From: an uncultured archaeon | Lineage (GTDB): Archaea > Iainarchaeota > Iainarchaeia > Iainarchaeales > GCA-2688035 | DNA: 64,000 bases | NCBI GenBank assembly: GCA_964354805.1 | Contig: CAYHBD010000035.1 | Coordinates: 1 to 64,000, forward strand | Reading direction: 5' to 3' | In this document: in pieces, positions 38,901-49,800 of the stretch | Numbering within the stretch: the first letter of the stretch is position 1 | How the letters are laid out: the number at the start of each line of letters is the position of its first letter | Made by a program: the position numbers and the translations under genes | The notes under the pieces: generated by a model | Seen by the model: the letters and a program-made list of their open reading frames with translations, nothing else | The model's database searches: none | What the model was told of the DNA's origin: nothing

Positions 38901-41624
38901 AAAAAAGAAACAAAATTCAAAGCAGAAGCGCAATTCTGCGTAAAAGGCGACAACACCTTCAGCCTGGCTGTTGAAAACATCAAAGAAATCAAAATAACAG
39001 CCAGCGGAAATGCAACCCCAGGCAGAAAAAGCGAGCAATTTGCAGTAAGCATTGAGGCATGCGGAATTCACCCATACGACCTGGTAAAGGAAATGGGAAA
39101 GGTTACCATGGAAGAGATTGAGAAAGCACCTGACAAAAAAATTGTTGCATTCGCAACAGTCGGATGGAAAGGAGCGCCATCAGAAATAGACATAATTGCA
39201 GTGCAGAGGGCAATCTCTGCAGAGGCGGCAAGAGTGGAAGCTGAAAAAAGATACGGCACAGGAGCAGGCACTCCAACAGCACAACAGCCTGCTTACATGG
39301 AAGAGATTGCATGGAGAAAGCTTGGGGCAACATGGCTTGGATACTTTGTGCCATGCTCAGCAATGGCTTTGCTTTTGAACTGGTGGACCTTTGAAGTGAA
39401 AGGAGGCTGGGACATTGCATTAACATGCGCTGCCCCGGCTGCCTGGAGCACAAAAGACATCATCAAGGACATGGGCAGCGGGGCAAAAGCAGCAATGGAA
39501 TTTGTTGAAGGCGTTGTAAAAGCAGTGCTGGAGTATATCCCACTGGTTGGAAAACCGTTTGGCAACTGGCTTTTCCCCGAAGGCGAAAAAATCGCAAGCG
39601 TTCCAACAGAGCAGCAGGCAATGGAACAGGCACAGGACTTCCAGGAAAACATGCTTTACCCAGGGCTTACCGGAGCCTCATTCAGGGACATCACAAGGTC
39701 AGTGAGCAATTCATTTGACCTGATAACTGAAAGCAGCGCGCAAACCGCAGCAACACAAGCAGCCGACGCAATTCTCAAGGATGTGAAGAAAACAGGCTTT
39801 TTGAAGGGAATGGCAGACAACCAATTGGACCTTGTTTTGGGAGGGCATTACGATTCAGGAGGCAAATTTGTTGCATCCATCACGCCACGCACTTATGCCA
39901 CAACTTTAATGCCAGTGCCAGGCTCAGGGAAGCCTTTGCCTGCTTTGAGGGAAAAATTGGCCCAAAAAATTAAGTCCAACCTGCTTGTTGACAAGGGCAA
40001 GGCAAAGATTGCCAATAAAATTGCCGAAGCTTCCCAAAAAGGCTTTGGGGAGGCAGGCCAAGACATGGTTGAAACCTTTGCAAGGGCCGGGATTGAACCA
40101 GCAGCTAATGGAGGCTTAACCGGAAACCTGAAAAACCAGTGGCTTGCAAAACAGAGCCAGTACGTGGATAACCTTGTTGGCGGGCAATCGGTTAGCGGGT
40201 TTAATCCGGCGGCACCATCCACTACATCCACAGTTAAAAACCAAGTCAATACATTTACTAAAAATATAAAGGACTCTTGGAAAGCACAGATTGAAGACCA
40301 TATTAAAAACAATCTCGGAAAAACAGCGGAGGGCCAAGCTCTTCTGGCTGACCCCCAATTTATGGCGGATATGAGTACAAAGATCAATAACAGGGCTAAA
40401 TTAATAAAATTTGCACCAAGCGCAGAACTTATAAAAGGCGAAAAAATATATGACCGCGCCGGACGGCTCATAAGAGAAACTCCTGATAGTTTTAAGTACA
40501 CTGCCACGCTTACGGACAATCTTGACGACATCGCCAGAAGGACTATTGTTGATGTGCAGGGCGACATGAGAAAAGCAATGGTAAAAGGCGCAATCGGCAC
40601 ACAGGCTGCTGATGCTTTCGCAACAGAAATGTTTAAGGGAGCAGATGCATTGGTTGACCCAACCAAAATAAAGAGCCTGCAGACAAGGTCAGGGAAGTTG
40701 AAGGCTGCTGTTAAGGATTTCTTCAGCAAAAAGTTCTTGAATTTGAAGAATTTGAAAGCCCTCAGCTGGAATCTTATTAAGGGGGCTGGAGTTGGAATTG
40801 CCGAGGTTTGGGCAGGAAGCGTTGGCTTTGACCAGTACTGGGAGAAATTCGGCACACCGCCGGTGCCTGGAGCTGAAACAATTTCCGGCGATGCTCCAAA
40901 AATTGACAGGGACGGCGATGGCAGATTTAATGAAGACCCGATTGACGGCAAAGACAATGACGGCGATGGATTGATTGATGAGGATTATCCTTTGTTTGCT
41001 TCGCAGAAATTGCGAAACGGCGGCACGTACATGATTGTTGTTTCAAAGGACAGCTATGGCGGAAAGCGATTCAACTTTGTTGAATTGCAGTCAGACCAGC
41101 AGTTTGAGGATATGAGAAAGCAATTGCAGGAAAAGAATGCAGTGCTGTGGGAGGAAGCAGATTGCAAGAACTTTAGGGAGAAGGGAGTTGAAAAGTATTT
41201 GGGAAACCTTGCGCCTGTTCCAACAAAGCAGGCAGCAGCAGAGCACGTTATTGCATATTATGACTATAATCCTTTGATTGCCAGCGCTGCATTGGGAGAG
41301 GTAAGCGAAGACCCAAGAAGCCTGGGCGATGACCTGCCAGAGGAAGACCTGATGGCAATTTTGATAATCCAGCCGGAGAAAATCACTGGCTGCAATATAG
41401 CAAAGCAGTGGTATCTGCCATTGCAGAACGAGCAGAAAGAGGCAACAAAGGAAAGGGTAAGGGGCGTTGTTGAATGCGCTGCAAAAGTATTGCGCAGCGC
41501 AACAGCCGGCGGCGCCGGTTTCAATGAAGCGGTTAAAAAATTCAGCGCTGAAACAAAGTATGTTGGATTGGCTGTTCAAACAAGGGACATTTGGGCGAGG
41601 TTCAAAATAGTGCAGCCTAAATGA
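32997..41624 (+). CDS. Giant N-terminally anchored surface protein, paralog 1 (2875 aa)
   Basis: Y..LEERYY..LD...PAF motif and TM helix; carboxypeptidase-regulatory/Ig-like repeats (G.P..GA.I, T...G.A.F, K.GY); core GFHARIG/FRAW/R.PAD.ELG/ALYA; YCDAKQ. Confidence 0.92.
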   Translation: MFSEKLSRIYTGLEERYYALLDFLDARGVPVYKYNDFLESKGMPAFPITIALIVLIIAAIYGIFFIGNMINPSVTISFQDQFNETVAGVQVSVKDAAGKAVASTKTIASGESIQLQGIAIGSKLVVSASKEGYDTAEEEVTVVKEKIPLSMQLTKQIKEIAVDLQAVDEETGDAVKGAAIQLEWQGVTRTGTTDAAGKAHFTGIPEDMPVTVKVQADGYEQVNTTKSFVENELATIELSADSAALAGITKLIVSVEDEQGTPIEGAKITIMDKSNDTVIAERTIAESETLFDVTNGTSVRLIVQKDGFLRYDSLQSGESRTLRLLEEEWPVILLKGGNKLSVIVVAGQFPLSDATVQLFDLNSNLIESAITDFAAEAEFTNLQPEQYFVTAYKIGFLPARDQVNIAETETATISLRTADLNNSAYLGISVFDSYSAAANNADLFFFEKVAGNELPLGIPPMKTDITGYAAIKPAISSTVVVHAKKDLQEGSGEKLIEANKENQMVIELSKPLTVVELQIVDKDGLPVSGTALIETVSGELLFDGNITDGRVYFDAMGNKEINLTVTTDDGQTFSQQVDIEGKETVKVTLGEQNDELAPTVNFLGIFNENDELVEGITPANFYWAKFEINWPSGLSKGGFHARIGSDDSAFVDSQPVGIVGFDATTGSYFFGKSFQPLPLPGNEAADKQNTGSAGQFNKFVELYFTQPQNTTVVRVKIKARESITADSVELHFRAWSEAGEKFYRQPADAELGNELFSSNKTALYAETTDETINVFSSDAVCEKELCASYFFVLPNGLFVERQQFTPMTEELYALEIDLKASKALDATIKLDTDKANPLLYFTGYEVDNFLDQPTTVEALSSQTDLSGQGYIDWAAGDATAQTSSNPLGFKAGEGSTETSITFTVSIAEGQGRKIRVYFRPFAAGKASIKSQAVAEAVVLNEEFNFNIEQQKFLLLSVSPEEVSVGQDFTITAIDKDNGEDVQNAVIRLQDSKGKDAAVIVGSGATRKGLQGEYFFKNSFNPGIYKAVASAAGYATAELEIVIARDGLLSIKSPITINIAKGESSKSVTAALRNTAKEEINAISYELEKESDFPEEFAVSAQIPPTISAGKDDVASISVNLELGEESSESLYGEADLIIKGMAAGNYPTKTKAKLIINYNKQLDADCLKFNTQEVLIRLIGTAGSSASEEVEIENTCETGLSFSVKVKEQEADPNLSVTVQNLQIEKDATEKMLITASNRIDRLYSMQERRHFTIALESPQLAKSIQLTVELWNPSFNLSYPPTLALWLARQAAEESSYSQMPLQPAGGMAYAQAPLQIMNNGFAPITAFRAAVEDTSYRRFGITADIRPYAIQGINLQANQALSPMRYVYAETSKAEALKEPAQGYIYFTGVVMGHQYPDLGRTMVSVNYTGTQCLKATAGQSLLFSSKKAETILEKEIKLKNECGEQIRIIGTVKPGKIGGNAFMLFPANVTLAPGQESNFALRLIGSQEMDRAVKLRAIGLLVAQGKTIESNDLDATLKLGELIATTEGKATQKISIKACETDTTKQLSFPVLSSDCAQGYCDAKQLAAYIINKADDLVKVAKDKIARAKSQTAGSSCAAPERTHCTFDEIGVSEEMFPVFVQLDLLDYGTLLQQLREKSKTELKGYDVMQQALNLEDIGNVGFRFGNIYLAKEFRGCGKYYVEIKGAVPASQGEIITDESGRNFAIAINMKQDRADTDQCLHRVENVANFLPLDEGYTLTTDTTAWPGFVQGSSEQFGELPKMFATQLFKSPEGRYAASITKSNRLVLVKGNTGQGLLKIRIEKSGSADAPKTVYAHVPDNFNAADKEMATSIANALGTFKAYAFSESDCWGEDETGQYIVMKSSKDMEKLYGKLALDGEKAIKINSQEQCIDFNVTTGAREDIQFETDFGEKTKAGIEYVAIYLKGKSEKEKSAVLLKESANGKTEKSILKKDQLKETTAEKEGKKETKFKAEAQFCVKGDNTFSLAVENIKEIKITASGNATPGRKSEQFAVSIEACGIHPYDLVKEMGKVTMEEIEKAPDKKIVAFATVGWKGAPSEIDIIAVQRAISAEAARVEAEKRYGTGAGTPTAQQPAYMEEIAWRKLGATWLGYFVPCSAMALLLNWWTFEVKGGWDIALTCAAPAAWSTKDIIKDMGSGAKAAMEFVEGVVKAVLEYIPLVGKPFGNWLFPEGEKIASVPTEQQAMEQAQDFQENMLYPGLTGASFRDITRSVSNSFDLITESSAQTAATQAADAILKDVKKTGFLKGMADNQLDLVLGGHYDSGGKFVASITPRTYATTLMPVPGSGKPLPALREKLAQKIKSNLLVDKGKAKIANKIAEASQKGFGEAGQDMVETFARAGIEPAANGGLTGNLKNQWLAKQSQYVDNLVGGQSVSGFNPAAPSTTSTVKNQVNTFTKNIKDSWKAQIEDHIKNNLGKTAEGQALLADPQFMADMSTKINNRAKLIKFAPSAELIKGEKIYDRAGRLIRETPDSFKYTATLTDNLDDIARRTIVDVQGDMRKAMVKGAIGTQAADAFATEMFKGADALVDPTKIKSLQTRSGKLKAAVKDFFSKKFLNLKNLKALSWNLIKGAGVGIAEVWAGSVGFDQYWEKFGTPPVPGAETISGDAPKIDRDGDGRFNEDPIDGKDNDGDGLIDEDYPLFASQKLRNGGTYMIVVSKDSYGGKRFNFVELQSDQQFEDMRKQLQEKNAVLWEEADCKNFREKGVEKYLGNLAPVPTKQAAAEHVIAYYDYNPLIASAALGEVSEDPRSLGDDLPEEDLMAILIIQPEKITGCNIAKQWYLPLQNEQKEATKERVRGVVECAAKVLRSATAGGAGFNEAVKKFSAETKYVGLAVQTRDIWARFKIVQPK

Positions 41625-41825
41625 AATTTCCCTTTTAACCTCTTTTTCAGCGGCAACAGCCTTTTCAAAAATGGGTTTAATTTAATGCCCCAGGGGCAAA
41701 AGGCAATTTTAACTTTGGGAAAATAAGTTAAATTCAAAAGAAAAAAAAATCAAAAAAACCCGAATAAGCTGCCAGCACTCCAGCAAAGGAAATTATTTAA
41801 ATAAGGTAAAACCTATTCTGTTCCT

Positions 41826-43502
41826 ATGAATGAACGGGCATTCAATTTGTTTACTGCCCTTGTGGCAGCCCTGTTGCTGATGCTGACTGTTTTGCTGGTT
41901 AATTCAATGACCCAGTCAGAGAGAAAAACAGCTGACACTATTGCAGGAATTCAGTCAAGAAGCGATCTGGAGGCAGTGGCAGAGATGGCAAGGACTGATG
42001 CAATGCAGTTATTTAATTTTGGCTTGAGGGAAAAGATTGAAGACTGGCTAACTAGGGAGGATTTTGGCGGCGTAACCCTGAACTTGCAAGATAAGAGCTG
42101 GGAGGATATACAGCGTGACTTTGCTGAAAGCAAGTTTGGAGGCACAAACAGCGAAGCGCTTGCAGAGTTTATAAAAAACCATTTAATTTTATTATTCCAC
42201 GGCAACGTATATTTTGAAAACTATGTAATTTCTTTGGAGAGCACTGACAGATTGAAGGCGGGATTGGATGCAGCCATTAAAAAAAGCGTTGAAACCGGCG
42301 ACTTTTTTACCGTAATCGATTGCCCGAACGGCGACCCAAAAACATGCGAAAAGGGAACTTTTTATGTTAACCTGCATTTGGAAAAATTAACCCAAGAGGA
42401 ATACGAAAGCCTGCCGAAACTGCATGTTTTTGACAAGATAAGCGGAAAGGACCTACAGGTAATTATTCTGCCAAGAACAACCTTCAGGATCTATGTGCCG
42501 CTGCGCTTTTTCAAGGCAATTGCCGAAACACGGGGATTAATGCACTATCCGCTTGTTGACCAAACAGACACTGCCGATGACCAGGGCCTGTTCTCGCCAA
42601 GGGTGCATAACCTGATTGAAGGAATTGCACTTGGAATGTGCGATTACGGCTACTGCGCACCGAGAAGCAACCCCTTTACCCCGCCGGAAAATACTGCAAT
42701 GTTAAGCGGATTCTGCCCAGGAGACAACATGGCAGAAAATTACACAAAGGGTGTAACTATTGAGATTGAGTGCCCACCAAATACAGGAGACTGGTGCCAT
42801 TCTGGCGAGAAATACAATGCAAATGACTACCAAGGCTCAACAGATATGAAAAAGGCTGTACAGAAAATCGCGAAAGAAAAGGCATGCGATGTGATTAAAA
42901 AAGCAGAAGAGGCCGGGTACTTGGATTTCAATAAAGAAGACAAATTCAGCATGGTTGGCAGCGAATGCGGCAATGCCAAAGCCGTTGAAATAAATGTTGA
43001 AGCCCTTAAATCAAAAAAAATTTTAAACGAGGATACAGTGGATAAGGCAAGCGGCAGCAGCGGCTACACAGGGGTTTTTGATGCAAGCAATTGCCCTTAT
43101 GACAGCGGCTCAAGCACTGGCAGGACAGGCCTGTACAAAACCGGCGGGAATGTTTCAAGCCCGAACATCAGTTTTACTGACCTCGGCTGCAGCGGGGATT
43201 TCGGCGACACCAGCGCAACATGCGCGCAGGTGTCAAGCATAAAAGTAACCCTTGCATTTAAGGAGGAAGACCCTGTTTACATGGTAAACAAGCAAGGTGA
43301 AAAAATTTACAGAATCACTGTTTACGACAACACTTTTGTGCCGTTCACTGCAGCATGGGACAGCGGCGAGATGGGCAGCGACTGCCTTTACAGCAGAGTG
43401 CCGCAGAAAAGCAGCTGCTCTGTTGAACGGGGAAAAGGCTGGTATTGCCTTTCCTTCATTGACAGGAGCAAAAATGAAGAAAACGGCTGCATGCCTGCCT
43501 AA
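41826..43502 (+). CDS. Cys-rich pilin-like or minor-pilin adhesin with class III-like N-terminus (558 aa)
   Basis: MNERA|FNLFTALVAALLLMLTVLLV followed by an amphipathic helix; many Cys in the C-terminal half. Confidence 0.75.
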   Translation: MNERAFNLFTALVAALLLMLTVLLVNSMTQSERKTADTIAGIQSRSDLEAVAEMARTDAMQLFNFGLREKIEDWLTREDFGGVTLNLQDKSWEDIQRDFAESKFGGTNSEALAEFIKNHLILLFHGNVYFENYVISLESTDRLKAGLDAAIKKSVETGDFFTVIDCPNGDPKTCEKGTFYVNLHLEKLTQEEYESLPKLHVFDKISGKDLQVIILPRTTFRIYVPLRFFKAIAETRGLMHYPLVDQTDTADDQGLFSPRVHNLIEGIALGMCDYGYCAPRSNPFTPPENTAMLSGFCPGDNMAENYTKGVTIEIECPPNTGDWCHSGEKYNANDYQGSTDMKKAVQKIAKEKACDVIKKAEEAGYLDFNKEDKFSMVGSECGNAKAVEINVEALKSKKILNEDTVDKASGSSGYTGVFDASNCPYDSGSSTGRTGLYKTGGNVSSPNISFTDLGCSGDFGDTSATCAQVSSIKVTLAFKEEDPVYMVNKQGEKIYRITVYDNTFVPFTAAWDSGEMGSDCLYSRVPQKSSCSVERGKGWYCLSFIDRSKNEENGCMPA

Positions 43503-43891
43503 AAACCTGCTGCAAGAAACTTTTGGAAAATCGATTCATCAACAAGCCTTTTTTCTTAAGGAAAAAAGCCTCCTTGCAAAACCAAAGGTTTTGCGAGGTC
43601 CCGCAAAAGCGAAGCTTTTGCAGGATGGGAAAAAATGCTTCGCAAAAGTGGCAATACATAAACTTTATATGCCACAAAAAAGCCGAATAAAAAAGGGCGA
43701 ACGAAACCGCCAAAAACTGCTACAAAAGCTATTTAAATGGGAAAAGAGTAATGGATACTGGATTCATTTATTCGGAAACCGGAAGGCGTTTAAGTTAAAT
43801 TAATAAATAAGAGGCAATAATAATATTATATAGTTAAGAAGTGAATAAGCCTTTCTTTAAAAAAAGAAAGCCTTGGGAAAAAGTGGATAGC

Positions 43892-46800
43892 ATGGGCGCG
43901 ATGGATGGATTGCGGAATGCTTACTTTGCGTTGGAAGACAAATACTATGGCTTAATTGACTGGCTTGGCAGCAAAGGAATCCCGTTGAACAGGGTTGTTG
44001 ACGCAATTGAAAAGCACAACATCCCATCCTTCCCGATAATGCTTATTTTGCTGATTCTGATCATTGCAGGCCTGTTCTTCCTGCTAAGCGGCGCAATTGC
44101 GCCCCAGGCAACTTTCTCCATTATTGTAAAAGAGGCTGACACAGGGCTTGGTGTTGAAAGCGCTGACATAACGCTAATCGATGCAGCAGGCGCAAAGCAC
44201 AATAAGGCAACAGGGGCAGACGGAAAGGCAACAATAAGCGCTGCTGCCGGTGAAGCAAGCGTTTCTGTTGAAAAAACAGGCTTCACAAAATTTGACGGAA
44301 AAATAACAGTGGCGGAGGCAAAAGAAGAAACAGTCGAACTGGAAAAAGAAACAACAACATTGACAAAAACAATCCAGCTGATGAAAGCAGGCACAAACGA
44401 GCTGATTGACAAAACTGTATCGATAAGGTTCAGCTGCAGCAGCCCGGCAGCAAGCGATTTCAGTGCAACAGAAGAGAGCGTTAACGGGGAAATTGAATTG
44501 CAGATTCCAAGCAACTGCGGAAATCTTTTGGCAACACCTGTAGCAGGCTATACAGCAGTGAACGGCACAATTGATGCAAGCGCCACCGCACCGCAGCTTT
44601 TTTTGCAGGCAATTGCGTTAAACAGCGGCACAATAAGGGTTAATGTAAAGGATGCAAGCAATGCAGCCCTGAGCGGGCTTACTGTAATGGCTTACACAGA
44701 GGATGCAGTGCTTTCAGGCACAACATACAGCAGCGCAGCCGGAACGGCATTGTTTGAAAACATTGAAACAGGCACTTATTACATTCTGGTGCACGACAGC
44801 CAGGGCAGGTACGCTGACTTTGACAGCAGCCAGCTTGGCACAGCAGGATTGAAGGAATTGCAGAAAGATGGAACAATAACATTTGATGCGGTGCTGCAGC
44901 TGGCAAGCGTTGGGAAAATAAAGATGGTTGTAAAGGATGCAGGCAGCAAAGAGGGGGTTGAAAATGCGGCAATTTATTTGAAGAAAAACAATGCAACAAT
45001 TGACACTGTTTACACTGATGCAGGCGGTGCAGCTGAATTCAATGTAACGGAAAACGTTGCTTATTCGCTGGAAGTGGATGCAGCAGGCTATTTGATTGCA
45101 ACAGTAAGCAATGTAACATCAGCCGCAACAGCGAAAGAGATTTTCCTGCAGGCAGCGACAGCTGACAACACGCAGACACTTATTGTGGAAGTGGTTGATT
45201 CAAGGCAAAAGCCGATTGACAATGTAAGGCTGTTGCTGAAAAAGCCGGATGGGACAATTTATGCAAACGACAAGGTAACAGGAGCAGACGGAAAAGCAGA
45301 ATTCACCAATCTGCCGCTCGGCACTTATTATATTTATGCAGCAAAAAAGGGCTTTGAGGGAAAAACAAGCGACCCATTCACAATAAAGGCAAGGCAGGAA
45401 AACAAGCTGACGGTGGAATTGCCAATAGGCTGGGGCAGCGTGGAAATAAGCGTTTTAAGCGATGAAGCAACAGCAGTCCAGGGGGCAATAGTTGAAGCAA
45501 TTAATGCGGTAACAGGCGAAAAAGAGGGCGAGGGAATAACAGGCCTGGATGGAAAATACACATTCAGTTTAAGGGCGGACAAAAAAGTTTACTTTAAAAT
45601 TGACGCAGCGGACTTTTTGCCTTATTACAGCATTGCCGTAATGTCTGATCCCAACAGCACTTTGGCGGTTGATGTTGCTTTGGCAAAAGACCCTGGGCAG
45701 CTGCAGGTGAAAGTAATCGGATTTTTTAAGGACGGCGAAAAGGCGCCGGAAAACCTTGAGCTTGGCCCAGGGCAGAAATACACAGCAAAGCTTCTCCTGC
45801 TGGTTGCAAAAAAAGAAAAATTTGATGAGGCAGGAATCCATTTCAGGACAGGCGAAGCGCTTGAGGAAAAAACAAACATAATGGAAGAGGACGCGGTTTT
45901 CATAAAAGAAGTGAGTGCATCAACGGCAAATGTTTTAAGGGGAACAAGCTTTACACCGCCAACAGGCTATGCGATTGATGCAGGATATTTGACAACAGGC
46001 GACAGCAAATGGCTGAACATTGTCTGGAAAAACGCCGGGCCGGGAGCATATGCAGCAGAAGTTGAGGTGCAGGTAAAGGAAAGTGCCGCACTCGGCCAAA
46101 TGCTGCCAATGTGGTACAGGGCATGGGGAAAAGCGGCAACATTCTCGCGCTTTCCGGCTGACAGCGCTTTAGCAGGCAGCGAAAGCACTGCAGAAAAGCA
46201 GGCATTGTATGCAAAAGCGAACAGCATTAAAGCATCTGTAGGACCGACCAATTTGTGCAATGACGCTTTCTGCAAGACATTCAGCATTGAGGATATGGCA
46301 AAAAACATCAGATTGAGCGTAGTGCAGCAGTACAATGCAACAATCGGCGGCGGCTATAAATTATTCTATACAATCAGCAGCATAAGCGAGCAGGCTTTCA
46401 CTAATTGCACAATAGAATTCGGCAGCCAGGCAGATGGCGTGCGCTTCGGCAACTACAGCATAACTGATGCTGCAGGAGTGAAAAGCAGCGGCAATGCAAA
46501 CGGATATGGCATTTCAAACCCGATCGGAAACATGCAGAAGGACAGCGTAATTTTCGGCTCTGTTGAATTCAAGGCTGAAAAGGAAGGCAGCAATATTCTG
46601 ACAATTGTAATCAAATCAAACAACCAGCCTGTTTTAAGCGAAAGCATTGATGTAAAAGTTGCGGCGGCAGCCGAACTGCAGCTTGACCTGATTCCAAAAG
46701 AAATAATTCCTTTGATCGACAACCAGCTGCTTGTGAAAGCAAGCGACAGCAACGGGCAGGGCGTAAGCAACGCGATTGTAAGCATTTATCTGAATGACAC

Positions 46801-49800
46801 ATTGCTCACAGCAACGGAAAGCAATGGCCAGGGCATTGTGGAATACAAATTGGAAGCGCCTGCAACAGGCAGTACATTGTTGATAAAGGCGGAGAAAACA
46901 GGCTACAGGAAAGCACTACTTTCTACAACAATAGATTCAAGCATTTTAATTGTCACACCGCCAAGCATAAGCGAAAAACTTGATGCATTGCTGAACAGCG
47001 TTGAAAAAGAATTATTGTTAAGCAACCAGACTATTGCAGAACTGACAATAACAAAACTAAAATTCAATTTCGGTGAACAGCAACTGGTTAAATTCACTTG
47101 GGACGACGAGTATATTGGCCAAAAAATAAAATCAAACAATGATTTGAACGCATACCTTTCAATTGCATTAACAGAAAAAGGAATGGCTGTGGAAAAGCCG
47201 GTGAAGCTTGAGGGCAGCCTTGCAATCCACCTGAAAAGCGGTTCAACTGCAGCCAGCTTTGTGCAAAACTTGCCAATAACAATAAGAATAGGCTTAGGCG
47301 GCGAAGTGGACGACTTGAAATGCCTGCAGATTGATCCAGTCAAATGGGAAATAATTGCCGATTCTGAAACAAAGCAAAGCATGGAATTCACTTTAACAAA
47401 CAAATGCGTGGTGCAGGGAGAAGCAATTGCACTGCACGCACTGCAGGCAAAAATCACGGAAACAAAAGAATCAGGGCTTGGAACTTTCACCATAAGCAGC
47501 GAAGCACTGCCTGATGCAAAAACACCCACGCTGGGCAGCAGCGGCTTCAGCGACTTTGCAGACATACTTCCAAAAGAATTCGAGGGAACAATAAAAATAG
47601 AATTTTCCCCAAACAGGTCGGTTGACTCAGGCACGGCAAAGCTCAGCATTGAATTCAAGGCAATTAACTCAGCGGAAAAAGGCGAGGAGGCAATCCAGTT
47701 AAAGCTTCCGACAGAAGTCCATGTAAGCAGCTTAAGCAAATGCGTTGTTGTTGAAGCAGAAACACCAATCCTGGTTGAAACAGTCCCATTCAACCAAGGC
47801 TACGGCTTGTACAGCGGAGGCACATCAGGCTACAATCCGCTGATGAACCAAGGCATGGGCGGATACTTGGGAAGCAGCTACGGCGGAATGGGCGGATATG
47901 GTGGCACTGGATACGGCGGCGTGGGCGGATACGGAAGCACAGGATATGGAAGCACTGGCTACGGCAGCTACGGAACAAGTGCAGGCTATGGTGCAGGCGG
48001 CTACTTGGGAGGCAGCACTTTCCCAAATGCAGGGTTTGATACATCATACTACAGCAGATACTATGACCAGGCGCAGGACAACAGCTGGCGCTATGGCCTT
48101 GGAGAAAGCAGCTTCCTGGTGAAAAACACCTGCAGCAATGCGGTTGAAATTGACCTGGATGTTCCGGCAATGCTGAGGGCTGACAAAGACGCATTCAGCC
48201 TTGAGCCCAACACTGACAAGACAGTGAAATTGGAGGCAGGCTACAGGATGGGAAAATACACTATTGATGTGTCGGCAAAACTGCAGGGCAGCGAGGACAA
48301 GGCGCAGAAAATTGACTCTGTTGATGTTCTTGTAAGAAGGTCAGGCGAAATAGACGATGAATGCATACAATTAAGCACTGACCAAATTAGCTTAAGCAGC
48401 TTCATTGCAAAGCCAATTCCTGCAAAAATATTCAATTATTGTTATGACGTGGGCATAAGATTGCCAAAAGCAGGCAAAGTAATTGACTTTACCTGCCAGG
48501 TTCCGGGCCAGCCGGTAAACGTATTCAATTTCGCGCCAGCAAGTGAAGAGCAAGGCAAAGTGATTCAGCTACAGCAATTCCCTGACATAATGACACAGCC
48601 ATCAGGCTTCATCAACCAGGCGCCGATTGGAACAGCAATCAGCCCAACAACAGGCCAGCCTTATTCGCCGAACGAGCAAATGCTTCCAAACGGAACATAC
48701 GGGACATCTTATTACCAGCAAGGCTTGGCAGGCCAAGGCTACTCCTATCCATACAGCCAATACCCTTACGGCAGCAGCGGATGGGCTTATCCACAAACAT
48801 ACGGTTATGGCGGAAGCTGTCCATTGATCCAAGATGTTTACTTTGTCAGCGAGCACACATCTGCTTTGGATGAGGAAACAGGCAGGACATTGCAGACAGT
48901 TGAATTTGAAGTAAGCCCAAACATTGAATACAGGAAACAGATATGCCAGTATGCTGCACAAATGCCGTTTGAAACAAGTTATGGCTTGAGGGCAACAGCA
49001 AGCAGTGCTTATAACAGGGCAAATGTAAGGGCATCTGCCTCTGTCCACTACTACAATCAATTCGGAGGCTCTGACATAAAATACTTCAGGGTTGTCCTGA
49101 ATGACCAGTGGGGCTATGGCGAAACAATTGATGAATGCCTGAGGCAGGCTGGAAAGGTTGGGATTCCAGGAGAATTGCTTGCAAAATGCAAGGAGAGGGG
49201 CAGTGCCACTTTGAAAGACCCGAAAGACTGCGTTAATTCAAGCGCACTTGATTTGGTTTCCTATTTCAGCGGCAATAACGGCTTTGTTGAACAAAGCCTA
49301 TTCGGCGGAGGCAGTGTTGCTCAATTCACTCCGTCAAGAGACGTGCTTGTCATTCCGCCATGCGGAGGCCAGGACAGCGTTGAAATCGTTAATGCTTCTT
49401 ACACTGATCCCAAAAGCAATGTTACCCTTTACTTCAAGGCAATTCCCAATGATTGCCCGCCTGGAACGCCATTGGAGAAAAGCAATTGGAGCATTGCAGT
49501 AACAATTGACAAAACCAACATGTACAATGTGCAGTGCGCAAAGATTGACACAGCGATTAGGGTAAACCTGAAGAGGCCAACGCAGTGGGCAAAGCCGGTA
49601 GAGGTAATGCTGCCGGTAAAAGCTATGGTGCTGCACCCAGGAGAGAAAGCAAGTGAAGTCAATCTAGCAACCTGCACTACTGCAGTGCCTGTTGTAACGC
49701 CAACAGTTATAACAGCATGCACAGGAGGCAGCGAAACAGGCAGCGGTGTATTCACAAAATACGGCTTTGACAGGCTGCTGTTCAACTGGGGCTGGAGCGG

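Noticed and set aside
43297-43803. 168-aa ORF overlapping the end of the 558-aa gene
   Set aside because: Out-of-frame overlap running through a hairpin-rich, A-rich spacer; not protein-like.
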